Assembly: GCA_016650365.1 (NCBI GenBank)
Contig: JAENVV010000313.1
Coordinates: forward strand, 3,786 to 67,785
Length of the DNA: 64,000 nt
Source: Acidimicrobiia bacterium
GTDB taxonomy: Bacteria; Actinomycetota; Acidimicrobiia; Spongiisociales; JAENVV01
Reading direction: 5' to 3'
The notes below the pieces were generated by a model. That model did not search any database, was not told where the DNA came from, and saw nothing but the letters and a program-made list of their open reading frames with translations. This document shows, in pieces, positions 46,239 through 55,246 of this stretch. Numbering within the stretch: position 1 is the first letter of the stretch; every line of letters starts with the position of its first letter. The translations under genes and the position numbers were made by a program.

Positions 46239-48088
46239 CAGTACATCTGCTCAATCAGGTCTGAGAATCGATCCTCGAGTACTTTCCGCTTCAGCTTTTG
46301 AGTGGCGGTCAGTTCTCCCTCTTCGTGATCGAGTTCCTTGGGAATGAGCACGAACCGCTTGACGGTCTCCACCCTGGCGAAATGCTCGTTGGCGGCATCG
46401 ACCTGTTTCTGGATGAGCGCGATCACCTCCGACTTTTCGGAAAGGTCCCGATAGGTGGTGAACGTGATGCCTTTACGTTGGGCCCAGTTCGAGGTCGTGT
46501 CGAGTTCGATACCGATGAGGGCGGTGAGATACTTCCTTCGATCACCAATCACCATGGCTTCTTTGATGAATGGTGACACCTTGAGCTGGTTTTCGATCTC
46601 GGACGGGGACACGTTCTTGCCTCCGGCAGTAATAATGATGTCCTTCTTGCGATCGATGATCCGGAGAAAGTCGCCGTCCCATTCTCCGACATCACCGGTG
46701 TGCATCCACCCGTCCGCGTCGATCGTCTCTGCGGTAGCCCCGGGATTCTTGAAATAGCCCTGAAAGATGCCCGGTGATTTGATAAGAATCTCACCGTCAT
46801 CTTCCAATCGGATTAGGACGTCCTCATTGACAGCTTTGCCGATCGTCCCCAGTCGGGCGCTGCCCGGGAGGTTTCCCGTACCCAGGGCAGTCGTCTCGGT
46901 CATGCCCCATCCTTCGTAGAGCGGGATGCCGATGGCGAGGAAGAACTTGATCACCTCTGGAGCGATCGGGGCAGCCCCGCTGGTGGCCTGGCGGCACCGC
47001 TGCATGCCAAGCTTGCGCTGCAACGACCGGTATACGAGTACGTAACCAGTCTTGTGCAGAATCTCCCCAACAAACCCCCGTGAGCCGGTGGCGAGGAGAC
47101 GCTCGGCGTTCCTCATGCCAACTTTCAAAAACACCGCGTAAAGGGTCCTCTTGATGAACGACGCGTCCGACATCCGGATATTCACCAACGCATGCATCTT
47201 CTCCCAGATGCGCGGCGGCGCCGGGAAATAGGTGGGTTGGATCTCGGCGAGATCAGCGACCACGGTCTCGATCGACTCGGCGAAATTGACGCACGAACCC
47301 ATCGCCAGGGCCCCACACACGTCATAGAGACGGCCGAACACATGGCAGAGCGGAAGGTAGCTAAGCAGCTGCGGCTGACCTTTGGGAAGCCCACCTGCGG
47401 CGATCAGGTCCTCCGCCGATTCCGAGGCCCACGTCAGGTTGCGATGCGACAACATCGCACCTTTGGGCGGGCCGGTGGTTCCCGATGTGTAGACGAGGGT
47501 TGCGGTGGATTCTGGGTCGATCGTGTCGACCAGGCCGTTGACCCGATGCGGGTCTTCTCCCAGGGCGGCACGTCCTGCAGCCATAAACGCGGTCCACGAC
47601 ATGAGTCGCGGATCGGTGTAGTCCCGGACACCTCGCGGCTCGACATACACGATCTTCTCGAGGTCTGGAAGATCCTGCACGGCGAGCGCCTTATCGACCT
47701 GCTCCTGATCTTCGGCGATGAGAACCTTCGACTCAGAGTGGCGGAGCAGATACGCGACCTCGGCGGTGGGGTTCGTCGCATACAGACCGACCGAGACCGC
47801 CTGGATCGCCTGGGCGGCGAGGTCGGTGATCACCCAGGCTTCCCGATTCTCGGATTGAACGGCCACTTTGTCTCCTGGACGTACTCCGAGCTGCCACAGG
47901 GCCATGGCGGCTGCCTGGACATCGTGCCAGTACTCGCCATAGGTCGTTTCGTGCCAGATCCCGAACTCCTTTTCGCGAAGGGCGATGCTCTCCGGCTGGC
48001 GGCTCGCCAATTCACGAAGTCGCCCGGGCAGCGACGAGACCCTGATCGACCCATCCGGTCGGCTCGGTCGATCAATCGTGGCTGTCAA
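46238..48088 (-). CDS. AMP-dependent acyl-CoA synthetase (long-chain fatty acid-CoA ligase-like)
   Basis: 616 aa with the AMP-binding motif YTSGTTGPPKG. Embedded between the liv ATPase and permease genes. Confidence 0.8.
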   Translation of the reverse strand: MTATIDRPSRPDGSIRVSSLPGRLRELASRQPESIALREKEFGIWHETTYGEYWHDVQAAAMALWQLGVRPGDKVAVQSENREAWVITDLAAQAIQAVSVGLYATNPTAEVAYLLRHSESKVLIAEDQEQVDKALAVQDLPDLEKIVYVEPRGVRDYTDPRLMSWTAFMAAGRAALGEDPHRVNGLVDTIDPESTATLVYTSGTTGPPKGAMLSHRNLTWASESAEDLIAAGGLPKGQPQLLSYLPLCHVFGRLYDVCGALAMGSCVNFAESIETVVADLAEIQPTYFPAPPRIWEKMHALVNIRMSDASFIKRTLYAVFLKVGMRNAERLLATGSRGFVGEILHKTGYVLVYRSLQRKLGMQRCRQATSGAAPIAPEVIKFFLAIGIPLYEGWGMTETTALGTGNLPGSARLGTIGKAVNEDVLIRLEDDGEILIKSPGIFQGYFKNPGATAETIDADGWMHTGDVGEWDGDFLRIIDRKKDIIITAGGKNVSPSEIENQLKVSPFIKEAMVIGDRRKYLTALIGIELDTTSNWAQRKGITFTTYRDLSEKSEVIALIQKQVDAANEHFARVETVKRFVLIPKELDHEEGELTATQKLKRKVLEDRFSDLIEQMY

Positions 48089-48912
48089 AGTCGTCCCCCT
48101 TCGCTCGCCTCAGATTGTTCAATCTCCAACCCAACGAATTCTTCGCCGAGGTAGGCGCGGATGACATCCGGGTTCGTCTGGATGTCGTGAGGGGTGCCCT
48201 CGGCGATTTTCTTTCCGAAGTCGATGACCATGACCCGGTCGGCGATGTCCATCACGAGGCCCATGTCATGCTCAACGAGAATCATCGTGATTTGGAGTTC
48301 CTCCTGAATGTCGAGGATGAACCGAGCCGTGTCCTCGGTCTCTTCGAGGTTCATGCCTGCCACCGGTTCGTCGAGGAGCAGGATTCGCGGATCCATCGCC
48401 AGGGCTCGACCGAGTTCGACCCGTTTCTGAATGCCGTACGGGAGCATGCCAACCAGGCTCTTGCGATATTGGGCGATCTCCAAGAAATCGATGATCTCCT
48501 CGGCCCGTCGGCGATGCACGGTCTCTTCTCGCTTGGCTTTCCCTGCGTAGATGGCCGCTGACAGGATCCCGGCGCGCATATGCAGGTTCCGGCCGAGAAG
48601 AATATTGTCGAGGGTGGTCAAGTTCGAAAAGAGCTCGATGTTTTGAAACATGCGCGCCACCCCGAGTCCGGCGATCTTGTCCGGTTTCATGGCGAGCAAG
48701 CTGGTCCCATCGAGGGCAATGGACCCCTCCTGCGGTCGATAGACCCCGTTCAGGCAGTTGAAAATCGACGTCTTTCCTGCACCATTCGGGCCGATGATCG
48801 CAAACAGCTCACCTTCGTTGACCTCAAAGCTGACCCCGTCCACGGCGATCACACCGGCGAACGACAACCGAACATCATCGAATACGAGAAGTGGGGTGCT
48901 CACGACAGCCAT
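48085..48912 (-). CDS. livG: ABC transporter ATP-binding protein LivG
   Basis: Walker A motif GPNGAGKTS and LivG-like sequence. Confidence 0.85.
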   Translation of the reverse strand: MAVVSTPLLVFDDVRLSFAGVIAVDGVSFEVNEGELFAIIGPNGAGKTSIFNCLNGVYRPQEGSIALDGTSLLAMKPDKIAGLGVARMFQNIELFSNLTTLDNILLGRNLHMRAGILSAAIYAGKAKREETVHRRRAEEIIDFLEIAQYRKSLVGMLPYGIQKRVELGRALAMDPRILLLDEPVAGMNLEETEDTARFILDIQEELQITMILVEHDMGLVMDIADRVMVIDFGKKIAEGTPHDIQTNPDVIRAYLGEEFVGLEIEQSEASEGGRL

Positions 48913-49706
48913 CGCTTCCGGCGTTTGTAGTGCTTGACGTCCCGGAACGACTTTCGTTCTTCGCCGCCGGAATGAAGGCCGAGATAGAACTCCTGGACGT
49001 CTTCGTCCTTCATGAGTTCGGCGGCCGGCTTATCCATGACGATCTTGCCGGTTTCCATGATGTAGCCGTGTTGGGCGATCGACAGCGCCATCGTGGCGTT
49101 CTGCTCGACCAGGAGAATGCTGGTGCCGTGTTTGTTGATGTCGACGATGAGGTCACGGATTCGTTGGACAAGAATCGGTGCGAGGCCCAGGCTGGGCTCA
49201 TCGAGGATCAGGTAGCGAGGGTTGGACATCATCGCCCTGCCCATGGCAAGCATCTGTTGCTCGCCACCCGAGAGGTACCCTGCCGTGGATTTCCTCCGAT
49301 CGGCCAAAATGGGAAACAACTCATAAACCCGATCCATCTGCCCTGAAAGATCACCCCTGGTGGTGTGGGCCCCGACCCGGAGGTTCTCCTCGACAGTGAA
49401 CTCGCCGAACACCCGCCGACCTTCCAACACCTGTGTTACACCCCGCCCGACGATTGCGGCAGCCGATGCCTTGTGGATCGGAGTGCCGTCGAGACTGATC
49501 TCGCCCTTGGTGATGTCGCCGTCGTGAACGTCGAGCAGCCCGGAGATTGCTCGCAAGACGGTCGTCTTGCCGGCGCCGTTGGCGCCGAGGAGAGCCACGA
49601 TCTGGCCATCGGGAACCTGAAATGAAACGCCGCGCAGCACGAGAATGACGTCGTGATATACGACCTCCAAGTTCGCGACTTCAAGCAATCCCGGCTCCTC
49701 CGTCAA
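48900..49706 (-). CDS. livF: ABC transporter ATP-binding protein LivF
   Basis: Walker A motif GANGAGKTT and LivF-like sequence. Confidence 0.85.
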   Translation of the reverse strand: MTEEPGLLEVANLEVVYHDVILVLRGVSFQVPDGQIVALLGANGAGKTTVLRAISGLLDVHDGDITKGEISLDGTPIHKASAAAIVGRGVTQVLEGRRVFGEFTVEENLRVGAHTTRGDLSGQMDRVYELFPILADRRKSTAGYLSGGEQQMLAMGRAMMSNPRYLILDEPSLGLAPILVQRIRDLIVDINKHGTSILLVEQNATMALSIAQHGYIMETGKIVMDKPAAELMKDEDVQEFYLGLHSGGEERKSFRDVKHYKRRKRWLS

Positions 49707-49803
49707 TCGCTAGCACCCGCCATGGTAGGCGACTCACTTGTCCGATCAGAGGGTTGAGCGTCAAATTTCTACGTCGGGCTTGGCGCGGCTAGAGCCGATT
49801 CCC

Positions 49804-50238
49804 TCAGGCGCCTTCCACCCATTCGGCTCCCCCCGGCCAGTGCTCTTTCTTCCAGATGGGAGCTCGCTTCTTGAGCTCGTCAATGATGTAACGCGCCGCG
49901 TCAAAGGCTTCTCCTCGGTGAACCGAAGAAACCGCCACGAGCACTGACACCCCCCGCACGCCAACTACCCCGGTTCGGTGTTCGGCGACGATATGGAGGA
50001 GGTCCCACTCCCGGCGAGCCTCCTCGACGATCCTCTGTATCTTTCCGACCACCTGCTCGGCATAGGCTTCGTACTCAAGACGATCGATGTCGTTCTTCCC
50101 GGGTGAATGGTTTCGAACCGTCCCGGAGAACAGAACGGTCGCCCCGGCCCGGTCATCAGCCACCTCGGCGTACACCGCCGCGGGGTCGAGTGGCTCGGCA
50201 GAAAGACCAACACGGGTTCGAAGCGTTTCATCGTTCAT
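49804..50238 (-). CDS. moaE: molybdopterin synthase catalytic subunit MoaE
   Basis: 144 aa from an internal ATG (MNDETLRT). Contains LEYEAYAEQ and the C-terminal KKRAPIWKKEHW characteristic of MoaE. The ORF-track extension is spurious. Confidence 0.7.
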   Translation of the reverse strand: MNDETLRTRVGLSAEPLDPAAVYAEVADDRAGATVLFSGTVRNHSPGKNDIDRLEYEAYAEQVVGKIQRIVEEARREWDLLHIVAEHRTGVVGVRGVSVLVAVSSVHRGEAFDAARYIIDELKKRAPIWKKEHWPGGAEWVEGA

Positions 50239-50249
50239 ACAATGATCAT

Positions 50250-51395
50250 ATGCCAGATGAGCCGTCCGACGATCTTCCAATGCCCGATCCATTCTCGGGT
50301 CGGTCCGGTGACACCCCGCCCCCGTCGCCCACCAACCAAGCCGGAGAGAGGTCCGAGCCGGACCCAACGCCGCCGCCCGGCCAGGGAGCCAGCACCCATC
50401 GCCAGCCGAGTTCACCCCGTCGCTGGCCGAAGTGGGCAGGCTGGTTGAGCGCTCTCCTGGTACTCGGGATCGGCACATCAGTAGCGTTTACGCAACTGCG
50501 CGCGCCCGTCCCGGTGGCCAATCCGGTTACAACTACGACACTCCCGCCGCCTCCGGAAACCACCATCGCCGCCGTCCCGGCTCCATTCGCGGTAACCATC
50601 GAGGTCACTGGCGACGTGAGTGACGAGATCGGATTCGGTTCGGGAATCGCCATCAACGACGGAACGTACATTCTCACCAACTCTCATGTCGTCGAGACCG
50701 CCGAGTCGATCAATGTGATCGACGACGAACAGAACCGACACATGGCGACCGTGGTCGGCACCGATGCTGTTACGAATCTGGCGGTACTTCGGATTGACGG
50801 GTCGCCGCTCGTTGTGATGGGCGAACCCTCAGAGGAACCACTCACCATCGGCTCGATTGTCACTACCGTTCTGGGTTTTTCGGATCGAGCAACCGTGATC
50901 GGGACAGCTCAGAGGCTCAACATCAACGACACCTGGCGGCTATATGACCTCATTGAGCTCGATCATGGGTTCCCCACCGAGATGACCGGCGGACCTCTTC
51001 TCGACCTTGACCAACGGGTAGCCGGCGTCCTCACCATCGTGGCGGAGGTCAACGGACCCGGGTATGCCATCCCGATAGCGACCGGCCTCGCCATCGCTGA
51101 CGAGCTGATCGCGAGTGGTCAGGTCCCCCACGGGTACCTGGGACTGCAAGGCATCGACTCCTTACTCGGTGGTGTCGAGGTTTTCGCGTTACCCGCCGGT
51201 TCACCGCTGCGAGCTGGCGGCGCCCGCGAAGGGGACGTCATCGTCGGCATCGACGCAAACGAAATTACGTCAACAGCCGAACTAGTAGCGCTGCTACGGA
51301 CCTATCGTGAAGGTGACAACGTCACAGTTGACATTCTGCGAGAGTTCGAAACGATCGCAATCGAAGTGACCCTTGACCGCCATCCGGAATCGTGA
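50250..51395 (+). CDS. HtrA/DegP-like trypsin-fold protein with C-terminal PDZ domain (catalytic triad apparently degenerate)
   Basis: Pro-rich N-terminus, one TM segment and the His box GSGIAINDGTYILTNSHVV. Aligning by the conserved flanking motifs places N at the catalytic Asp position (TNLAVLRI versus DLAVLKI) and T at the Ser position (EMTGGPL versus GNSGGPL). Ends in a PDZ domain. The start codon is uncertain (50250 or 50280). Confidence 0.6.
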   Translation: MPDEPSDDLPMPDPFSGRSGDTPPPSPTNQAGERSEPDPTPPPGQGASTHRQPSSPRRWPKWAGWLSALLVLGIGTSVAFTQLRAPVPVANPVTTTTLPPPPETTIAAVPAPFAVTIEVTGDVSDEIGFGSGIAINDGTYILTNSHVVETAESINVIDDEQNRHMATVVGTDAVTNLAVLRIDGSPLVVMGEPSEEPLTIGSIVTTVLGFSDRATVIGTAQRLNINDTWRLYDLIELDHGFPTEMTGGPLLDLDQRVAGVLTIVAEVNGPGYAIPIATGLAIADELIASGQVPHGYLGLQGIDSLLGGVEVFALPAGSPLRAGGAREGDVIVGIDANEITSTAELVALLRTYREGDNVTVDILREFETIAIEVTLDRHPES

Positions 51396-52493
51396 TTGCA
51401 CATGGCAGATGACATCTTTTCCCAACTTATCGAACTGTTCAACCAGCCGGGCCCGGTGAATTGGAAATTGGCCCGGGAGGTCGCCGTTCAATTAGCCGGT
51501 GACCGGGAGCCGATCGACCCCTGGTTGGCTGATGAGTACATCGAACTGGGCCGACTCGCCCAACTTCAGATCCAAGCCGCCACTCACCTCCGGGCGCCCG
51601 ACTCACTCGATGTCGTTCCGACCGACCGCCACGACTGGGCAACTCAGCGACTGCAAGCGTTCTCATACCTCGTCGAGCCGCTCGCCAGCCAGTACGACGA
51701 CCTCGGCGGCGGTTCGGATCCGATGAGTCAGTTGCTCAAACCACTCGGCCCTGCACTACTCGGCATGCAGATCGGGTCAACGATCGGATTCCTTGCACAC
51801 CGGGCGATCGGCCAGTTCGATATCGGCCTACCGGCCAACCCGGCGGGGGCCCGTTATGTCATCGTCGACAACGTCGAAGATTTCGCCTCGGACTACCAAC
51901 TGGAACCTCGGCAGGTCCGATTGTGGGTGGCCCTGCGAAACGGTATCCACGACGCGGCCTTCGCAGGGCCTTGGTTACGGCAATACGTCATCGACCTGGT
52001 TGAGGAGCACCTGGCCGGTGTCACCTTCGACACATCCCATCTCATGGAGACGCTGCAAAATCTGAGCGATCCGAACAACATCCAGCAGATGATGGCCGAC
52101 GCAGATGGCCTCAGTGGCTTTCTCTCCCCAACCTCGACATCAGAAGCTCAGGCAAAGGCCCGGGCGGCGATCGGGTTCGTGAGCGGGTATGCCGACCATG
52201 TCTTGGGGGCTGCGGCGGGCAGCCTGATCCCTGACCGCGGCGCGATCGAGACCGCCCACCGCGTCAAACAATCTGAACCTGGAATCCCTGAACAGCTACT
52301 GACCAGACTCATCGGCATCGAACTCACCGAAGAACTCCACCAGGAAGGCGTCGAGTTCTGTGATGAGGTCGGCCGGCGGTGGGGATCCGAAGCTCTCGAA
52401 AGCGTCTGGGAAGAGCCAGCCAACCTCCCGATCGGCGAAGAACTAAGCGATCAGGTCGCCTGGGCCGCCCGGGTCTTGTTGCCAGACTTCTAG
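51396..52493 (+). CDS. conserved hypothetical protein
   Basis: 365 aa, contiguous with the upstream HtrA-like gene. No motif recognised with confidence; it may belong to an actinobacterial DUF family. Confidence 0.4.
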   Translation: MHMADDIFSQLIELFNQPGPVNWKLAREVAVQLAGDREPIDPWLADEYIELGRLAQLQIQAATHLRAPDSLDVVPTDRHDWATQRLQAFSYLVEPLASQYDDLGGGSDPMSQLLKPLGPALLGMQIGSTIGFLAHRAIGQFDIGLPANPAGARYVIVDNVEDFASDYQLEPRQVRLWVALRNGIHDAAFAGPWLRQYVIDLVEEHLAGVTFDTSHLMETLQNLSDPNNIQQMMADADGLSGFLSPTSTSEAQAKARAAIGFVSGYADHVLGAAAGSLIPDRGAIETAHRVKQSEPGIPEQLLTRLIGIELTEELHQEGVEFCDEVGRRWGSEALESVWEEPANLPIGEELSDQVAWAARVLLPDF

Positions 52494-52497
52494 GAAC

Positions 52498-53004
52498 ATC
52501 GCTACATTCGCCGGCGCACCAGAAATCAACAGAATCGGACCCGACACGACCGCCGAGATTGGGAACCCAGCACCGGACTTTGAACTGGTCGACCAGACCC
52601 GGTCGCTCGTATCACTTGAATCGCTGCTCGGTAAAAAGGCCCTGATCAAGTTCATTCCTTTCCCCTTCACAGCTGTCTGTGAGGACGAGGTGTGTGAAGT
52701 ACGTGACAACCTCTCCTCCCTCACCGACCTTGATACCAATATCGTTGTCATCACCTGTGACCCGATGCCGTCCAATGCAAGATGGGCGGCCGAACTCGGC
52801 GTTTCCTTCCCGATCCTGTCGGACTTCTGGCCGCATGGGGCCGTGGCACAGGCGTACGGATGTTTCAACGAGGCGATCGGCGTTGCCATGCGTTCAACGT
52901 ACGTCCTCGACGCCGACGGGATTGTTCGAGACATCGTTGCTACGCCAATCCTGAGAGAAGCTCGCTCGATGGCGGCGTACCACGAAAGTCTGTTGTCCAT
53001 CTGA
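52498..53004 (+). CDS. AhpC/TSA-family peroxiredoxin (start codon unresolved)
   Basis: The in-frame translation from 52498 reads IGNPAPDFELVDQ...LIKFIPFPFTAVCEDE (peroxidatic Cys) ...CDPMPSNARWAAELGVSFPILSDFWPHGAVAQAYG. The first ATG/GTG/TTG in frame is at 52690, after the catalytic motifs, so the 5' end is reported from 52498 provisionally. The in-frame stop upstream is at 52444. Confidence 0.55.
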   Translation: MATFAGAPEINRIGPDTTAEIGNPAPDFELVDQTRSLVSLESLLGKKALIKFIPFPFTAVCEDEVCEVRDNLSSLTDLDTNIVVITCDPMPSNARWAAELGVSFPILSDFWPHGAVAQAYGCFNEAIGVAMRSTYVLDADGIVRDIVATPILREARSMAAYHESLLSI

Positions 53005-53020
53005 CCGACCGTCCTAACGG

Positions 53021-53926
53021 TTAGCCGAACAGACCGTCCCAGAGTCGCTCGAAGAATCCCCGACTGTCGGGGTCAGCGAGTTCAGACAACACCCTGACTT
53101 GCACATCGACCGGCAACTCACCGACGAGCACGTACCCACCGAGGTCGCTGTGCCATGCGTACACGGCTCGACCCAACTCGAAAATTCGCTGGTACTCGTG
53201 GCCTTCGATAATTACCCGTGGCTGATCGTCCAGTTCTGGTATCGAGATCGGCCGACTCGAATTGGTGAGCTGAAACGTGAATAACCCGTCACCGTAGAAG
53301 GCCGACGACAGGTCCGATTCAGACCCGCCCCGCACCTGCAATCGCTTGAACCCGGCCAGCTGGAGCGGAAGCGTCCGATCAACATCGTCAGCCTGAACGG
53401 CACCAACAGGCTCGTGGCCATCGACCGTCGACACCCCCCGGGCTGGACCTGGCGTTCCAAGATTGAACTCGATAAACCGCGTCGTGCAATAAGTCGAACC
53501 GTCACTATTGAAAATTTCAGACATCAGGAGGACGCTGGATTCGACATCGAACGACAATCGGACTCGAAGCGTGTCACCGTCGAGCACCTCGATGACCTCG
53601 ACGGGACGGCCCAGAACTTCTCCTTCAGCGGATAGCCCGATTTCATACTGAGAACCGAGACCGGTCGAAAGGGCACCGGCTTTCGCAGCCCGGATCGTCC
53701 CGGCCGGGTCGACGGTGACGGTGATCCCGAGGTCATTCTGCCCGACGTCGAATAATTCTGAGTGCCGCCCATCTGACTGATTACATACGACCGATTGTTC
53801 GCCCGAATAGGCAACGCCCGCACTGTCGCCCAGGCGGTCGGTCAATTCGTTGGCCATCGCCGCCGTCGCCGATCCGACCGTCGCAGCCAGAACCATGAAA
53901 ACCATTACCAGCGACCGACCGATCAT
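53021..53926 (-). CDS. secreted protein of unknown function, co-operonic with sigma/anti-sigma
   Basis: 301 aa from an ATG overlapping the anti-sigma stop (ATGA), with signal peptide MIGRSLVMVFMVLAATVGSATAAMA. An RseB/LolA-like role is speculative. Confidence 0.4.
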   Translation of the reverse strand: MIGRSLVMVFMVLAATVGSATAAMANELTDRLGDSAGVAYSGEQSVVCNQSDGRHSELFDVGQNDLGITVTVDPAGTIRAAKAGALSTGLGSQYEIGLSAEGEVLGRPVEVIEVLDGDTLRVRLSFDVESSVLLMSEIFNSDGSTYCTTRFIEFNLGTPGPARGVSTVDGHEPVGAVQADDVDRTLPLQLAGFKRLQVRGGSESDLSSAFYGDGLFTFQLTNSSRPISIPELDDQPRVIIEGHEYQRIFELGRAVYAWHSDLGGYVLVGELPVDVQVRVLSELADPDSRGFFERLWDGLFG

Positions 53927-54336
53927 TGCCCGCCCCCGGCCTGGACGACACCGACGACCGGGAGGACCCCACCGTCGATCAGGGTCTGCTGTTCGTACTG
54001 GATTGAAACCTCGCGCAGTGAAAGCCCGACGGGGTCGGGCGCCGTGGCCGTCGCCGCCACGATGAAGATCATGACGGCTGCCGCGGCTGCACCCACCCAG
54101 GTGAGTGGCCGCCTGGCCAGAGGAACCACGTTTGGCACGAGTCCGAGATCGATCCGGATTGACTCGGGCATCTCCAGGACCGGGAGGGAGCGAAGCAGGG
54201 ACCGAGCAGCATGGAGGTCTTCCATCTCCCGTTGACAAGCCTGACAGCTACCCAGGTGGGCCACGAGTTTGGCGGCCTCCTGCTCGGTGGTCTCCCCGTC
54301 AAGGTATGCGGAAGCAAGTTCGCCAAGATGGATCAT
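53923..54336 (-). CDS. zinc-binding (ZAS, HxxxCxxC) transmembrane anti-sigma factor
   Basis: MIHLGELASAYLDGE...AHLGSCQACQREMEDL, then one TM helix. Its ATG overlaps the sigma stop as ATGA. Confidence 0.65.
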   Translation of the reverse strand: MIHLGELASAYLDGETTEQEAAKLVAHLGSCQACQREMEDLHAARSLLRSLPVLEMPESIRIDLGLVPNVVPLARRPLTWVGAAAAAVMIFIVAATATAPDPVGLSLREVSIQYEQQTLIDGGVLPVVGVVQAGGGQ

Positions 54337-54836
54337 GTCAATGCTTCCCGCATCATCTTGCGCCCCCGGTGAATCCGACTTCGGACCGTCCCGACCGGTG
54401 CGGCCACGGCCCGGGCGATCTCGTCGTACGAGAGACCGACCACATCGCACAGCACGACCGCCTCGCGAAAGTCATACGGGAGACCGAGCAGGGCCTTCTG
54501 GACATCGTCTCCGAGTCTGATCGAGGCGAGCACCTCGTCAGGGGCCGGGGTCGAACCAAGATTGGTCCGGTCGAAGTCGTCGGGCAGGGAGGTGGTCGGT
54601 CGCCGCTTCTTGCGACGAACATCGTCCAGGAATGCGTTGCGGGTGATCCGCCACAGCCAGCCCTCAAAGGAGCCGGGCGTGTAATTGGCGAGGCCTCGCT
54701 CGACGCGCAGCAGCACATCTTGCGCCAGGTCTTTGGCGTCGTCGGGATTGCCGGTGAGGCGATACGCGAAGTTGTAGATCTTGCGCCCATGTGTTCTGGC
54801 AACGTCTTCCCACGAGAGTGGCACGCCGTCTATCAC
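54333..54836 (-). CDS. ECF sigma-70 family RNA polymerase sigma factor
   Basis: 167 aa with region 2 (GRKIYNFAYRLTGNPDDAKDLAQDV) and region 4 (DEIARAVAAPVGTVRSRIHRGR). Confidence 0.85.
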   Translation of the reverse strand: MIDGVPLSWEDVARTHGRKIYNFAYRLTGNPDDAKDLAQDVLLRVERGLANYTPGSFEGWLWRITRNAFLDDVRRKKRRPTTSLPDDFDRTNLGSTPAPDEVLASIRLGDDVQKALLGLPYDFREAVVLCDVVGLSYDEIARAVAAPVGTVRSRIHRGRKMMREALT

Positions 54837-54926
54837 GGCTCATACCTCTCAACGGAGCGCGACGCGCAAGAGTTCCCGAATGAAGGGAGAAATTGTGTGC
54901 GGCCCAAGGCCAACTGGTAGAGGAGG

Positions 54927-55118
54927 TTAGGACTCTGGTGTGGAAGAATCGCTTGGCTTGGCGCTTTCGTCTGACTTGGCGCCTTCTTCGATACCCTTGC
55001 GGAATTCCTTGGTCGAGGCGCCCAACGAGCGAGCCAGATCAGGGAGCTTGCGGGCACCGAAGAGCAGGAGAACCACGATGAGAATGACGATCCATTCTCC
55101 GCCTTTTGGAATACCCAT
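54927..55118 (-). CDS. tatA: twin-arginine translocase subunit TatA/E family
   Basis: 63 aa from internal MGIPKGGEWIVILIVVLLLFGARKLPDLARSLG. Confidence 0.8.
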   Translation of the reverse strand: MGIPKGGEWIVILIVVLLLFGARKLPDLARSLGASTKEFRKGIEEGAKSDESAKPSDSSTPES

Positions 55119-55246
55119 GCTGATGTCCTTTCGTCTCGCATAGCCTAGCTGCCTCCGGCGGCCTAGATGCAATGCCATCAACATGGCTCTTCCAAGCTAG
55201 GACGTAGCGAACCGCCAGATCGGTTCCCGGATTCTCTTTCGGAGGT

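Noticed and set aside
51396-52493. Assignment of the 365-aa protein to the DUF2342 zinc-metalloprotease family.
   Set aside because: The N-terminus loosely resembles that family, but no HExxH motif is present and the match is from memory only. It is left as a conserved hypothetical.
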